Positions 10,137 to 20,649 of a DNA stretch of 32,000 nt are shown here, one piece after another. Numbering within the stretch: the stretch's first letter is position 1; every line of letters starts with the position of its first letter. Location: assembly GCF_014280175.1 (NCBI RefSeq), contig NZ_CP047931.1:270001-302000 (forward strand), written 5' to 3'. Both the position numbers and the translations under genes were made by a program. Under the pieces are notes generated by a model that searched no databases, had not been told where the DNA came from, and saw nothing but the letters and a program-made list of their open reading frames with translations. Source of the DNA: Synechococcus sp. A15-28 (GTDB lineage: Bacteria > Cyanobacteriota > Cyanobacteriia > PCC-6307 > Cyanobiaceae).

Positions 10137-10410
10137 CCCGTACGTCTCGCTCTTCGCGCACCTGAATCGGCAGTTCGAGTTGCTGGCGCCCCACCAACTG
10201 GGGCCCCTCCACCGAAACGATTCGCGCCTCGATCCCGAACTCCTTGAACGCCGTCTCCAGTTCCTGAATCAGTGCCTTTTCCACCTGCGCCTCAGGATCC
10301 ACCACCCGGCCGATCAACCGTTCACCGAGCCGGCCGATGCGCTGACGCATCACCTCGCGGGCGTTGGTGACTTCGATGATCAGCACACCATCGGCTTCGG
10401 ACGGCCGCAA
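10123..10410 (-). CDS. Conserved-looking hypothetical protein
   Basis: 95 aa ORF (TTG start) in a co-directional run with the next two genes; protein-like composition, convergent 14-bp overlap with murJ. Confidence 0.55.
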   Translation of the reverse strand: MRPSEADGVLIIEVTNAREVMRQRIGRLGERLIGRVVDPEAQVEKALIQELETAFKEFGIEARIVSVEGPQLVGRQQLELPIQVREERDVRVIDA

Positions 10411-10412
10411 CC

Positions 10413-10727
10413 TTATCGGCAGTAGGACTCCAGGATCTCCTCGAGGTCACGAAGCTGCGCCGGAGGCATCAGGCGTGAGAGCGGCAGCTGGCTGGCTCCT
10501 CCGGCCACAGGAACCGTGACAGCCTCCAGGGCTTTGCGGGCGGCCACCGACGCTCCTTGATCCACCAGAGCACTGCATTCGATCGCCAGGGGTTTGGCCA
10601 GATCTGCATCGCCCAGATACAAATGCCAGCCCGAGATCTGGATGTAGAGGCGGTCAGCCAGGGTGGACTGCAGCTCCTGCAGATCGGCAGCCGGAAGAGA
10701 CATCCTGTGGATGGCAGCTCTGCCCAT
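10413..10727 (-). CDS. DUF3181 family protein
   Basis: 104 aa; LADRLYIQISGWHLYLGDADLAKPLAIEC and QLPLSRLMPPAQLRDLEEILESY pattern known from cyanobacterial DUF3181; the true start may be internal. Confidence 0.75.
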   Translation of the reverse strand: MGRAAIHRMSLPAADLQELQSTLADRLYIQISGWHLYLGDADLAKPLAIECSALVDQGASVAARKALEAVTVPVAGGASQLPLSRLMPPAQLRDLEEILESYCR

Positions 10728-10734
10728 GCTGCCG

Positions 10735-10989
10735 TCAGTCAGCCGGTTCGGCCGGTCCCGGACGCTGGATCAGCACGGCGACGAATTGAACCAGCAGCAC
10801 CGTGAACCAGATCCCAGTGATCCACGGCAGTCGACCGGCGGGGAAGGGCTGACGCATCTCCTGGACAAACCATGCCCCGCTGTTCACGGCTGCGAAGACA
10901 CCGGCGTGGAGACAGAGATTCACGATCCGCTCGAAATGGCGGTACGTCGGGTCGGTTGGGTCTGCAGGGCCGTACCAGCGGATCGGCAT
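10735..10989 (-). CDS. Small two-TM hypothetical membrane protein
   Basis: 84 aa; hydrophobic segments NLCLHAGVFAAVNSGAWFV and LPWITGIWFTVLLVQFVAVLI. Confidence 0.65.
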   Translation of the reverse strand: MPIRWYGPADPTDPTYRHFERIVNLCLHAGVFAAVNSGAWFVQEMRQPFPAGRLPWITGIWFTVLLVQFVAVLIQRPGPAEPAD

Positions 10990-11081
10990 CGCGTCGATGA
11001 ACTTGGATCTGCTTCGATCCTGCCGCGGCTGTGCTCCAGTTGACGACGGGACCCTCGATGGGGTCTCATGGATTCACGCCA

Positions 11082-11155
11082 GCGCTTGTAGCTCAGCGGA
11101 TTAGAGCATCTGACTACGGATCAGAGGGTCGGGAGTTCGAATCTCTCCAGGCGCG
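11082..11155 (+). tRNA. tRNA-Arg (anticodon ACG)
   Basis: 74 nt cloverleaf: acceptor GCGCTTG/CAGGCGC, D-arm GCTCAGCGGATTAGAGC, anticodon arm TCTGA-CTACGGA-TCAGA (ACG), T-arm with GTTCGAATC; no encoded CCA. Confidence 0.96.
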
Positions 11156-11162
11156 CTTGATA

Positions 11163-11188
11163 ACTGCCCCCATGGGCAGTTTTTTTTT
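11163..11188 (+). terminator. Intrinsic terminator of the tRNA-Arg gene
   Basis: ACTGCCC-CCAT-GGGCAGT 7-bp stem followed by a run of T (11180-11188). Confidence 0.93.
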
Positions 11189-11258
11189 GAGCCGCTGTTG
11201 TTCAACCTTCCTCCTGAAATGGTTTCTTACGATTGGCGAAGCACAACGCCCGGGCGTC

Positions 11259-12548
11259 ATGAGCGATTCCACTGCTTCTTCAATCAACAACGGCCTTTCG
11301 ACCGCCGATCCCGCGATCGCAGCCCTGATTGAGAAGGAGCAGCAGCGCCAGGAAACCCACCTGGAGCTGATCGCCAGCGAAAATTTCGCCTCACGAGCCG
11401 TCATGGAGGCTCAGGGCTCGGTTCTCACCAACAAGTACGCCGAAGGTCTTCCCAGCAAGCGTTACTACGGCGGCTGTGAGCACGTTGATGCCATTGAAGA
11501 ATTGGCAATCGAGCGGGCCAAGGAACTGTTCGGTGCGGCCTGGGCGAATGTGCAGCCCCACAGCGGTGCTCAGGCCAATTTCGCAGTGTTCCTGGCGCTG
11601 CTGCAGCCCGGCGACACGATCATGGGCCTGGATCTTTCCCATGGTGGTCACCTGACCCACGGCTCGCCTGTGAACGTGAGCGGGAAGTGGTTCAACGTTG
11701 TTCAGTACGGCGTGGATCGTGAGACCCAGCGGCTGGACATGGAGGCGATCCGGCAGCTGGCCTTGGAGCACAAGCCGAAGCTGATCGTCTGTGGTTTTTC
11801 GGCTTACCCCCGCACCATCGATTTCGCTGCCTTCCGCTCCATTGCCGATGAGGTGGGTGCCTTCCTGCTGGCGGATATGGCGCACATCGCTGGCCTGGTG
11901 GCGGCTGGCGTCCACCCCAGCCCTGTGCCTCACTGCGATGTGGTGACCACCACCACCCACAAGACCCTGCGGGGTCCTCGTGGTGGTCTGATCCTCTGCC
12001 GGGATGCCGACTTCGCCAAGAAATTCGACAAGGCGGTCTTCCCCGGCAGTCAGGGTGGCCCCCTGGAACACGTCATCGCTGCCAAGGCGGTGGCCTTCGG
12101 TGAGGCGCTGCAGCCAGCGTTCAAGGCCTACAGCCTGCAGGTGGTGGCGAACGCAGCGGCCCTGGCCGATCGCCTGATCGCCCGGGGGATTGATGTCGTC
12201 AGCGGCGGTACCGACAACCACGTCGTTCTGATGGATCTGCGCTCTGTCGGCATGACCGGCAAGGTGGCTGATCTGCTGGTCAGCGATGTCCACATCACCG
12301 CCAACAAGAACACGGTGCCCTTCGATCCGGAATCCCCCTTCGTCACCAGTGGTCTGCGTTTGGGGACGGCCGCACTGACCACCCGGGGTTTTGATGTTGA
12401 AGCCTTCCACGAGGTGGCGGATGTCATCGCTGACCGTCTGCTGAATCCCGAGGACGATACCGTTCAGCAGCAGTGCCTGCGGCGGGTTGAAGCGCTCTGC
12501 CAGCGCTTCCCGCTGTATGCCGTTGAGCGCCAGCCGGCGCTTGCCTGA
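11259..12548 (+). CDS. glyA: Serine hydroxymethyltransferase
   Basis: 429 aa from ATG 11259; [74 protein letters not shown]. Confidence 0.97.
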   Translation: MSDSTASSINNGLSTADPAIAALIEKEQQRQETHLELIASENFASRAVMEAQGSVLTNKYAEGLPSKRYYGGCEHVDAIEELAIERAKELFGAAWANVQPHSGAQANFAVFLALLQPGDTIMGLDLSHGGHLTHGSPVNVSGKWFNVVQYGVDRETQRLDMEAIRQLALEHKPKLIVCGFSAYPRTIDFAAFRSIADEVGAFLLADMAHIAGLVAAGVHPSPVPHCDVVTTTTHKTLRGPRGGLILCRDADFAKKFDKAVFPGSQGGPLEHVIAAKAVAFGEALQPAFKAYSLQVVANAAALADRLIARGIDVVSGGTDNHVVLMDLRSVGMTGKVADLLVSDVHITANKNTVPFDPESPFVTSGLRLGTAALTTRGFDVEAFHEVADVIADRLLNPEDDTVQQQCLRRVEALCQRFPLYAVERQPALA

Positions 12549-12641
12549 CTGGACCAACTCCCGGTGGATAGCAGGGATCACTCTCCCTAGGATTGGATCA
12601 AATCCTTCCCTGAAAAGGGTTGTTCTGATCCAGGAGCCCGC

Positions 12642-13781
12642 GTGTCCCTCGCTGCCAGCCCCTTAGTGGTTGCCACGCTGAGTTTCGGGCTGGCCGCCGC
12701 GGTCACGATGGTTCTGGTGCCCATCGTGCGTTCCCTGGGACTGCGCTTTGAGCTGATCGATCAGCCTGATCCCCGCAAACAACACAACGCCCCCATGGTC
12801 CGCTTGGGTGGGATCGCGATGGTGGCTGGCTTCGGGCTGTCTCTCAGCGTGATCTGGTTGCTGGGTGGATTCGGTCTGCTGGCGCCAGCCCGCGATCAGC
12901 TGATCTGGAGCACCCTGGCTGGCTCACTCTGTTTCTTTCTGATCGGTCTTGCCGACGATCTGTTTGATCTCTCCCCCTGGCCCCGGTTGGCGGGTCAGTT
13001 CGCTGTGGCCTGCGTGATCTGGAGCCAGGGTGTGCGCATCGGAGCCATCGATCTGCCTTGGGTGAATGCATCCGGCTCAGCGATCGTTCTCAGCGACAGC
13101 CTCAGCCTTCTGGCGACGGTGATCTGGTTGGTCGGCATCACCAACGCCATCAACTGGCTGGATGGGCTCGACGGTCTGGCGGCCGGTGTGGCCGGCATTG
13201 CCGCCGTTGGCCTGATCTCGGTGAGCTTCTCTCTGCATCAGGTGGCGGCTGGTTTCCTGGCGGCGGCTCTCGCTGGCTGCTGTCTGGGATTCCTGCGCCA
13301 TAACTTCAACCCGGCCCGCATCTTCATGGGCGATGGCGGTTCCTACTTTCTCGGCTTCACCCTGGCGGCGGTCAGCATCGTCGGCCCCGCCAAGGGGCTC
13401 ACCACCGTCAGTCTGCTGCTGCCCTTGCTGATCCTGTCTCTGCCGCTGGCCGACATGTCAGCGGTGATCATGGGCCGACTGCGGGAGGGCCGCTCCCCGT
13501 TCCATCCCGATCGCCGCCATCTGCATCACCGGTTGCTGCGGGCCGGCTTCAGCCACCGCCGCACGGTATTGCTGATTTATGTCTTCACCCAGTGGCTGGC
13601 TGCTTTGGCCCTGGTCGTGGCCAATGCCGAAATGCGCTTTCTCTGGTTGGCCCTGGCCACAGCGATCCTGGTGGCCACTGTGGTGATCAGTCGTCGCCAG
13701 CTTCAGATGGAGCGGGCTCTCACGCAGACATCGCCGGCCCCAGCGGCCAGCGTCACGTCTTGCAGCGATCGCCGTGGCTGA
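12642..13781 (+). CDS. MraY/WecA-like glycosyl-1-phosphate transferase (undecaprenyl-phosphate sugar-phosphate transferase)
   Basis: 379 aa multi-TM; [69 protein letters not shown]; GTG start with AGGAG upstream. Confidence 0.9.
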   Translation: MSLAASPLVVATLSFGLAAAVTMVLVPIVRSLGLRFELIDQPDPRKQHNAPMVRLGGIAMVAGFGLSLSVIWLLGGFGLLAPARDQLIWSTLAGSLCFFLIGLADDLFDLSPWPRLAGQFAVACVIWSQGVRIGAIDLPWVNASGSAIVLSDSLSLLATVIWLVGITNAINWLDGLDGLAAGVAGIAAVGLISVSFSLHQVAAGFLAAALAGCCLGFLRHNFNPARIFMGDGGSYFLGFTLAAVSIVGPAKGLTTVSLLLPLLILSLPLADMSAVIMGRLREGRSPFHPDRRHLHHRLLRAGFSHRRTVLLIYVFTQWLAALALVVANAEMRFLWLALATAILVATVVISRRQLQMERALTQTSPAPAASVTSCSDRRG

Positions 13782-15033
13782 AGCGGGTGTTGAGATTCTC
13801 TGTGTCGGCAGTGAACTGCTGCTGGGCGATATCCTCAACGGCAATGCCCGCTGGATTGCCGAGCGGTTGGCGGGCCTCGGTCTGCCCCATTACCGCCAGA
13901 CCGTGGTGGGCGACAACCGCCAACGGTTGGCCGCGGCAGCCCGGGAAGCCAGTGGTCGTTGTCGGGTTCTGATCACCACCGGTGGTCTTGGTCCCACACC
14001 GGACGACCTCACCACCGAGTCCTTGGCCGCGGCATTTGACACGACCCTTGAGGAGCGTTCTGAGCTCTGGGCCGAGATTCAGGCGAAGCTCTCAGCGGGC
14101 GGTCGTGCGGTGGCGCCGAGCAATCGACGCCAGGCCTTCCTGCCCCGTGGTGCTGCTGTGCTGCCCAATCCCCTGGGCTCTGCCCCAGGAATGATCTGGT
14201 CGCCCTTGCCGGATTTCACGATCCTCACGTTCCCCGGGGTGCCTTCAGAGATGCGGGCGATGTTCGAGACCACGGCTGAGCCCTGGCTGCAACGTCATGG
14301 GGGTGCAACAGGGGTGTTCGTGAGCCGTCTGTTGCGCTTCAGCGGCATCGGTGAATCGACCCTGGCTGAGCAGGTGTCGGACCTGCTTGAGGGGGCGAAT
14401 CCCACGGTGGCGCCCTACGCCTCCCTTGGGGACGTCAAGCTCAGACTCACGGCCTGTGGCGGCTCGGCAGATGCTGCTGCGGCCCTGTTGGATCCGGTGG
14501 AGGCCGACCTGCGCCGTCGCACCGGTCAGCATTGCTACGGCACAGACGACGACAGCCTGGCCTCGGTGGTGTTGGAGTTGCTCCAACGGTCTGGGCAGAC
14601 CCTTTCGGTGGCCGAGTCCTGCACCGGTGGTGGTCTCGGAGCCGCCCTGACGGCTGTTCCAGGCTCATCCGCTGTGTTCGCAGGGGGGGTGATTGCCTAC
14701 AGCAATGCGGTGAAGCAGCAGCTACTCGATGTGCCCGCCTCTCTGCTTGAGCGCCATGGAGCTGTGTCCGATCCGGTGGTGGAGGCCATGGCTGCGGGGG
14801 TGCAGCAACGGCTGGGAACCGATTGGTCCATCGCGGTGAGTGGTATTGCCGGGCCCGGTGGGGGAACCGAGGAGAAGCCCGTCGGGCTGGTGCATCTGGC
14901 GATATGTGGCCCGGATGGTTGTGTGGCCAGCTCAGAGCGATTCGGTGACCGGCGAGGGCGCGAGGCCGTTCAGCAGCTCACGGTGATCCGTGCCTTGGAT
15001 CGCCTCCGACGACGACTGCTGGCTCAGTCGTAG
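13774..15033 (+). CDS. cinA: CinA family protein (competence/damage-inducible; nicotinamide-nucleotide amidase domain)
   Basis: 419 aa; [42 protein letters not shown]-terminal [38 protein letters not shown] and [17 protein letters not shown]. Confidence 0.95.
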   Translation: MAEAGVEILCVGSELLLGDILNGNARWIAERLAGLGLPHYRQTVVGDNRQRLAAAAREASGRCRVLITTGGLGPTPDDLTTESLAAAFDTTLEERSELWAEIQAKLSAGGRAVAPSNRRQAFLPRGAAVLPNPLGSAPGMIWSPLPDFTILTFPGVPSEMRAMFETTAEPWLQRHGGATGVFVSRLLRFSGIGESTLAEQVSDLLEGANPTVAPYASLGDVKLRLTACGGSADAAAALLDPVEADLRRRTGQHCYGTDDDSLASVVLELLQRSGQTLSVAESCTGGGLGAALTAVPGSSAVFAGGVIAYSNAVKQQLLDVPASLLERHGAVSDPVVEAMAAGVQQRLGTDWSIAVSGIAGPGGGTEEKPVGLVHLAICGPDGCVASSERFGDRRGREAVQQLTVIRALDRLRRRLLAQS

Positions 15034-15060
15034 GGTCAACGGTCCCTGCAGCAGAGCGGC

Positions 15061-16479
15061 TTGAGTTCCGGCACCCTCTACGACAAGGTGTGGGACCTGC
15101 ATCGGGTGGCGGAGCTCCCCGGCGGATCCACCCAGCTGTTCGTGGGTCTTCATCTGATCCATGAGGTCACCAGCCCTCAGGCGTTTGCAGCACTGCGCGA
15201 CAAGGGCCTGAGCGTGCGCTGCCCTGAGCGCACCGTGGCCACGGTGGATCACATCGTTCCCACCACCTCCCAGAACCGTCCGTTTGCGGATCTCCTGGCG
15301 GAGGAGATGCTCAGCACGTTGGAACGCAACTGCGCCGACCACGGCATCACCCTCAATGGCATTGGCAGCGGCCGCCAGGGCATCGTGCATGTCATCGCTC
15401 CGGAACTGGGGCTGACCCAGCCGGGCATGACAGTCGCCTGTGGCGACTCCCACACCTCGACCCATGGAGCCTTCGGCGCGATTGCTTTCGGCATCGGCAC
15501 CAGTCAGGTGCGTGATGTCCTGGCCAGTCAGAGCCTGGCCATGTCCAAGCTCAAGGTCCGGCGCATTCAGGTGAATGGACAGCTGGCCGATGGCGTTTCC
15601 GCCAAGGATCTGATCCTTCACGTGATCCGGACCCTCGGGGTGAAGGGTGGTGTCGGTTTCGCTTACGAGTTCGCTGGCCCCGCGGTGGAGGCGCTGTCGA
15701 TGGAGGAGCGGATGACCCTCTGCAACATGGCGATCGAGGGCGGAGCCCGTTGCGGTTATGTCAACCCCGATCAAGTCACCTTTGACTACCTCAACGGTCG
15801 AGCAGGGGCCCCCTCCGGAGAGGCCTGGGATCGGGCTGTGACCTGGTGGCGCAGCCTGGTGACGGATGCGGACGCCGTGGTGGATGACGAGGTGGTGTTT
15901 GATGCGGCCACCATCGCCCCCACCGTGACCTGGGGCATCACGCCGGGGCAGGGGCTGGGCATCGATGAATGTGTTCCGGGGCTTGAGCAGCTGGAGCCCG
16001 GTGAGCGGCCCATTGCCGAGGAGGCCTATCGCTACATGGATCTGCAGCCCGGTACCGCAATTGCCGGGGTACCGGTGGATGTCTGCTTCATCGGCAGTTG
16101 CACCAACGGCCGCATCAGTGATCTGCGGGCGGCGGCGGCTGTGGCCCGTGGTCGCCGTGTCGCCGATGGCATCAAGGCGTTTGTGGTGCCGGGTTCCGAG
16201 CAGGTGGCGAAGGCTGCGGAAGCGGAGGGACTCGATCGCGTGTTTCTGGACGCTGGCTTCGAGTGGCGTGAGCCCGGTTGCTCGATGTGTCTCGCGATGA
16301 ACCCCGACCGCCTGGAGGGCCGCCAGATCAGTGCCAGCTCCAGCAATCGCAACTTCAAGGGTCGGCAGGGTTCCGCCAGCGGACGCACCCTGTTGATGAG
16401 TCCGGCGATGGTGGCAGCTGCTGCCGTTCACGGCCAGGTGACCGATGTCCGCACCCTGTCCCTTTCAACGTCGGTCTGA
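15061..16479 (+). CDS. leuC: 3-isopropylmalate dehydratase large subunit
   Basis: 472 aa; [79 protein letters not shown]; TTG start. Confidence 0.97.
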   Translation: MSSGTLYDKVWDLHRVAELPGGSTQLFVGLHLIHEVTSPQAFAALRDKGLSVRCPERTVATVDHIVPTTSQNRPFADLLAEEMLSTLERNCADHGITLNGIGSGRQGIVHVIAPELGLTQPGMTVACGDSHTSTHGAFGAIAFGIGTSQVRDVLASQSLAMSKLKVRRIQVNGQLADGVSAKDLILHVIRTLGVKGGVGFAYEFAGPAVEALSMEERMTLCNMAIEGGARCGYVNPDQVTFDYLNGRAGAPSGEAWDRAVTWWRSLVTDADAVVDDEVVFDAATIAPTVTWGITPGQGLGIDECVPGLEQLEPGERPIAEEAYRYMDLQPGTAIAGVPVDVCFIGSCTNGRISDLRAAAAVARGRRVADGIKAFVVPGSEQVAKAAEAEGLDRVFLDAGFEWREPGCSMCLAMNPDRLEGRQISASSSNRNFKGRQGSASGRTLLMSPAMVAAAAVHGQVTDVRTLSLSTSV

Positions 16480-17093
16480 TGAGCAGCTTCCCTTCCGGTC
16501 CCGTGAAACAGGTGGCGGGTCGAGCCCTGGTTGTCAGCGGCGAGGACATCGACACCGATCGGATCATCCCTGCCCGCTTTCTCAAGTGTGTGAGTTTCGA
16601 TGCCTTGGGTGACCAGGTGTTCGCGGATGATCGCCGTGAACTCAAGGGTCAGCACCCCTTTGATCAGGAGCGATTTCAGGGGGCATCGATCCTTGTGGTG
16701 AACGGCAACTTCGGTTGTGGATCCAGCCGCGAACATGCACCTCAGGCACTGATGCGCTGGGGGATCCGTGCCGTGGTGGGCGTCAGCTTCGCCGAGATCT
16801 TTTACGGCAACTGTCTTGCCCTGGGTCTTCCCTGTGCCACAGCGTCTTCTTCAGATGTGGAGGCGATTCAGCAACGGGTGATGCAGGCCCCGGATCGGCC
16901 CTGGTCACTGGATCTGGAGGCTGAACGACTGACCTCCGACGAGCACCAGTGGGACATCTCTGTGGATGCAGGGCCGCGGCAGATGTTGCTCAGCGGCCGC
17001 TGGGATGCCACATCGCAGTTGCTGGCCCATGGCCCAGAGGTGGAGCAGTTGATGCAGGCACTGCCATACATCAACGGGTTCAGCCGTAGCTGA
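16479..17093 (+). CDS. leuD: 3-isopropylmalate dehydratase small subunit
   Basis: 204 aa from ATG 16479, one-base overlap TGATG with leuC; GEDIDTDRIIPARFLK, GNFGCGSSREHAPQAL, SFAEIFYGNCLALGLPC. Confidence 0.96.
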   Translation: MSSFPSGPVKQVAGRALVVSGEDIDTDRIIPARFLKCVSFDALGDQVFADDRRELKGQHPFDQERFQGASILVVNGNFGCGSSREHAPQALMRWGIRAVVGVSFAEIFYGNCLALGLPCATASSSDVEAIQQRVMQAPDRPWSLDLEAERLTSDEHQWDISVDAGPRQMLLSGRWDATSQLLAHGPEVEQLMQALPYINGFSRS

Positions 17094-17148
17094 CGGCGGT
17101 ATCAGACTCTTGTGTCTATGAAAGAGACAGGGTTTGTGATTTGGGTCG

Positions 17149-17571
17149 ATGCTTCAGCTTGGCTGGCTTGCGCTGTTGCTGGTTCTGCCGCTCGAGGCGG
17201 TGGAGCATCGGCCGGACCCTCGGGCGCGGTTGCTGGATCAGGGGGCTTGCAGGGGCTGCGATCTGCGTCGCGTTGAGCTGAGGGAGGCCCATCTGATCGG
17301 AGTCGATCTGCGGGATGCAGACCTTGAGGGGGCGGATCTGCGTGGGGCCAATCTCGAGGGGGCCGATCTCAGTGGAGCCCGTTTGGTAACGGCGGATTTG
17401 CGTGGTGCCACCCTCACCAATGCCGATCTCACGGGCACGGATCTGCGGGGTGCCGATCTCCGTTCCGCTGTGGTGATCAATGCGTTCGCCCCGGATGTGC
17501 GAACCGAGGGCATCCGCTTTGCCGGCGCCAACCTCACCGGCAGTGATCTGATCATCGGCGGTGGGGACTGA
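17149..17571 (+). CDS. Secreted/exported pentapeptide-repeat protein
   Basis: 140 aa; signal-like MLQLGWLALLLVLPLEAVE then A(D/N)LxG repeats (DLRDADLEGADLRGANLEGADLSGARLVTADLRGATLTNADLTGTDLRGADL). Confidence 0.88.
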   Translation: MLQLGWLALLLVLPLEAVEHRPDPRARLLDQGACRGCDLRRVELREAHLIGVDLRDADLEGADLRGANLEGADLSGARLVTADLRGATLTNADLTGTDLRGADLRSAVVINAFAPDVRTEGIRFAGANLTGSDLIIGGGD

Positions 17572-17572
17572 T

Positions 17573-20410
17573 TCAGAGGGGCAGTTCGCTGTCGTCTTCG
17601 AGGAACCAGTCCGCAGGGGTGTAAGGCACGAAGGGCACGCCGCTGCCATCGAAGTTGAAGTCGTTCAGCCGGAAGCGGACGCCGCCGATGCCTTCGTAGG
17701 GATTGAAGTAAACGCCAACGTCATAACTGCGCCGTTGCCAACGCAGTTCAATGTTGGAGTTGATCACATCTCCGTAGTACTCCGATCCTGAATCGACGTT
17801 CACGTTGACACCGGTGCTGAGCAGCAGAGGACCGACGATCTGCTGCGTGATCCCGAAACCGAGCGTGCCGAAGTCAACAATCCGGTCGAATTCAAACGGG
17901 CTGGCGCCATTGCGGAGGGTGCCGCCACCGATGACGGACAACTGAGTGAAATCGAGGAAGGGTTTGCTGAACGTGCCAAGGGTCAGCGTCGGGCCACCGC
18001 TGAAGCTGATGGTTTCTTGATGGTCGCCTGCTCCGTAGAGCGCCACGGTGCTGTTCACATTGGTGGTCAGGCTGACGCCGGGTACAACAGCGACCGGGGA
18101 GTAGCGATAGGCGGCCAGAGGGCTGAGTTCGGCCGTGGATCCGCGCCAGAGGGGGATGGTGCTGGTCAGAGAGGCGAAGAGACTGCCGCGTCCGGATCGC
18201 AGCTTGCGGTTGCTGTCAAACCGTTCGGCGTAGTAGTCGCCCATGGCTCCACGGAAGAGATAGCGATGCTGGGTGTTGCCCTGCTCGAATTCGCCTTTCT
18301 TCTCGCCGTAGACGCCATAGGCCGCTTGGATATCGGTTTCACCGAGGGATCCATTCCAGGTGCGGTAGCGGTATGTGCCGAAGACGTTGGTGGTGACCTC
18401 CCCCAGGGCTCCAAGCTCGAAACTGCGCTCGATGCTTCCCCAATAGCGGCTGTTATCGAGAAAGTCATCGCCGCTGAAGCTGCTGATGTCCGCTTCGGCT
18501 CTGACTTTGGTGTCGGCGTAGCGACCGATCAGCTTCGCTTCGAGACCAAACAAGTCGCCAGGGTCGACGTCGCTGCCGCCATCGACGGCGCGCTGCACCA
18601 TCACCTGGGGTTGAAGGCTGAGTTCGGTATCCGTACCGAAGTTGATCGGTTTGAGGTTGCGGCCGACGAACAGGCCATCCCTGTCGTCATTGTCGACACC
18701 GAACACCCAGCGATTTTCAACCTCCTCTTCCTTCTGGACCAGTTGCCGGCGGCTGACGGGCACAGGCAGACGCTCTTCAACGATCAGCCGGTTTCGCCGC
18801 GCTGAGATCAGCAGATCTCCATTTGGTTGTTCCCGAGCCACCACATCTTCCGCATCGACTCTGGTCTGTGCCGGCGTGAATGGGTCATTGCTGAAGCCCA
18901 TCCTGTCGGCACGCCAGCCATTGGCCGTGATCTGCACCCGGGCAGCCTGAACCCGCCAACGACTGATCGTGCCATTGATCAATTGCTTGTTGCCCAGTCG
19001 CTTGAGCTGAGGCACCTTCACAACACCGAAGCGGTTCTCTTCACGGACACTGGAATTGAGCCGTCGCACGGGTACACCGCTGCGTCGTTCGATCGAAAGT
19101 GTCCCCTGAAAGTCGACGTCATCGATCCGTTGGTCGATTTCAGCGATGGCCTGGCTGCGTCGCCTCTGCTGTTCAGCGGGAGAGAGTGGCGATGCCGTCG
19201 GTTCTGGTGTTGGCGGTACGTGTGAGACGGCTTCGCCCCCATCCCCGAGAGCCGTGGACTCCAGCCGCTGACTCAGGGTGGTGGCGTTGACCCTTTGATG
19301 GCGTTCGGGATCCGGGCAGCCCAGAGGGGGCACCATGGATGTGCCAACAGGTTCCGGTCGATCCTGACCCCAGCGGTAGCGCAGTCCGAGCAGGTAAGCA
19401 TTGCTGCCCTCTGTCACGCCGCTGTAGGTGCCGAAGGCTCCGGACCGGTGGTGGATCCGTCCCACGAGTGACACATCGGATGACACCGCTGCTTCCACCT
19501 CGAAGCCGAGGTAATTCAGCAGCTTGGTGTAGTTCTCTCGGAAGGTCTTCTCATACAGGCTGTAGTCGCTGTTGTAACTGATGCCTTCGATAACGCTGAA
19601 GCTCAGCCAGGGCTGCACCCACAACCGGGCTCCGATGCCAAAGATCCCTTCCCCGAAACTCTGGGCAGGAAGATCGGCGTAGGGCTTGTTCTGATTGAAC
19701 TCTCCCCCAGGCTGTTGTTTGGCGATGTGGCTGAACAGGTCGGCTTCGAGCTCCACGGCCAGAGGTCCGGCGCGGAGGATCCGCTTTTGCAGGCCAACGC
19801 CCAGCACCGCCTCCGGGCGTATGGTGCCGTTGAGGAGGAAGGTGTCGCCGAATGGGGCATCGATCATCTGGCCGCCCCAGGCGGTGACGGCCCAGGGTTG
19901 CGGATGCCAGTCCGGAACAGGCGGCAGCAAGGGGGGGCAGGCCATGGGCGCCAGCTCAGATGGCGTTGTGGGCGCCTCCGCAACGCTGAAGACCCCTTGC
20001 ATGTCATCCAGGTCTATGACGCCATAAACGTCATCGAGTTCACCCTCGTTGTGGATCAGGCTGTAGCGCAACGCGGATGCCTGAAACAGCTGGGAGTTGC
20101 GGGAGAGACGAACGGATCCCCGCGCAAACAACGTTTGGAATCCTGAATCAAATTCCACCCGGTCGGCCGCGAGCTGGCTTGAACCGAGTTGCACTCGAAC
20201 ATTTCCCTCAGCGATTGTGACGTTGCGACGAACGTCGTAGCGCTGGCGATCAGCGAAGAGCTTTAAACGCTGGGGCGGTTGAGGAGCAGGACGTTCAGCT
20301 GTTCGATCCTCTGAAATGTCCTCTGCGACTGCAGGACTCACGCATAGATCTGCACTGGACCCCAGCAACAAGAGTCCGCTGACCATTCGTGCAAGGCGCT
20401 CAGTCGCCAA
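17573..20410 (-). CDS. DUF3769 family outer-membrane-like protein with N-terminal OstA/LptA-like region
   Basis: 945 aa; signal-like VSGLLLLGSSADLCVSPAVAE, OstA-like RQRYDVRRNVTIAEGNVRVQLGSSQLAADRVEFDSGFQTLFARGSVRLS, and long C-terminal alternating-strand barrel-like sequence. Confidence 0.8.
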   Translation of the reverse strand: MATERLARMVSGLLLLGSSADLCVSPAVAEDISEDRTAERPAPQPPQRLKLFADRQRYDVRRNVTIAEGNVRVQLGSSQLAADRVEFDSGFQTLFARGSVRLSRNSQLFQASALRYSLIHNEGELDDVYGVIDLDDMQGVFSVAEAPTTPSELAPMACPPLLPPVPDWHPQPWAVTAWGGQMIDAPFGDTFLLNGTIRPEAVLGVGLQKRILRAGPLAVELEADLFSHIAKQQPGGEFNQNKPYADLPAQSFGEGIFGIGARLWVQPWLSFSVIEGISYNSDYSLYEKTFRENYTKLLNYLGFEVEAAVSSDVSLVGRIHHRSGAFGTYSGVTEGSNAYLLGLRYRWGQDRPEPVGTSMVPPLGCPDPERHQRVNATTLSQRLESTALGDGGEAVSHVPPTPEPTASPLSPAEQQRRRSQAIAEIDQRIDDVDFQGTLSIERRSGVPVRRLNSSVREENRFGVVKVPQLKRLGNKQLINGTISRWRVQAARVQITANGWRADRMGFSNDPFTPAQTRVDAEDVVAREQPNGDLLISARRNRLIVEERLPVPVSRRQLVQKEEEVENRWVFGVDNDDRDGLFVGRNLKPINFGTDTELSLQPQVMVQRAVDGGSDVDPGDLFGLEAKLIGRYADTKVRAEADISSFSGDDFLDNSRYWGSIERSFELGALGEVTTNVFGTYRYRTWNGSLGETDIQAAYGVYGEKKGEFEQGNTQHRYLFRGAMGDYYAERFDSNRKLRSGRGSLFASLTSTIPLWRGSTAELSPLAAYRYSPVAVVPGVSLTTNVNSTVALYGAGDHQETISFSGGPTLTLGTFSKPFLDFTQLSVIGGGTLRNGASPFEFDRIVDFGTLGFGITQQIVGPLLLSTGVNVNVDSGSEYYGDVINSNIELRWQRRSYDVGVYFNPYEGIGGVRFRLNDFNFDGSGVPFVPYTPADWFLEDDSELPL

Positions 20411-20507
20411 TGACTTTCATCAATGGGCTGCGATCCTGACAGCTCAGGAGAGCCTTCAAACAAGCAGCGGACCAGTCAACAGCGCGGACCGGTCACCCGT
20501 TGGACCA

Positions 20508-20627
20508 TCAGTCTTCGAGATCTTTTCGGCTGGGTGTCCGGCTGGGATCGCTCGCCAGGAAACCGAAGACGAAAATACCGATGAAGAAGAAGACAACCGA
20601 GTAAACGGAGATCTTGAGGGCGAGCAT
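20508..20627 (-). CDS. psbI: Photosystem II reaction center protein I
   Basis: 39 aa by manual translation: [39 protein letters not shown], classic PsbI; too short for the supplied ORF track. Confidence 0.97.
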   Translation of the reverse strand: MLALKISVYSVVFFFIGIFVFGFLASDPSRTPSRKDLED

Positions 20628-20649
20628 GGAGACCGACCGTCATCTTTGA

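Noticed and set aside
11391-12581. 396-aa minus-strand ORF opposite glyA
   Set aside because: Antisense to complete GlyA; no recognisable motif.
14932-16431. 499-aa minus-strand ORF opposite leuC/cinA end
   Set aside because: Antisense to complete LeuC; no domain and biased composition.
17240-17540. DNA-level repeats (GGGGCCGATCTC-like units) as a repeat array
   Set aside because: Explained by codons of the pentapeptide-repeat protein, not an independent repeat element.
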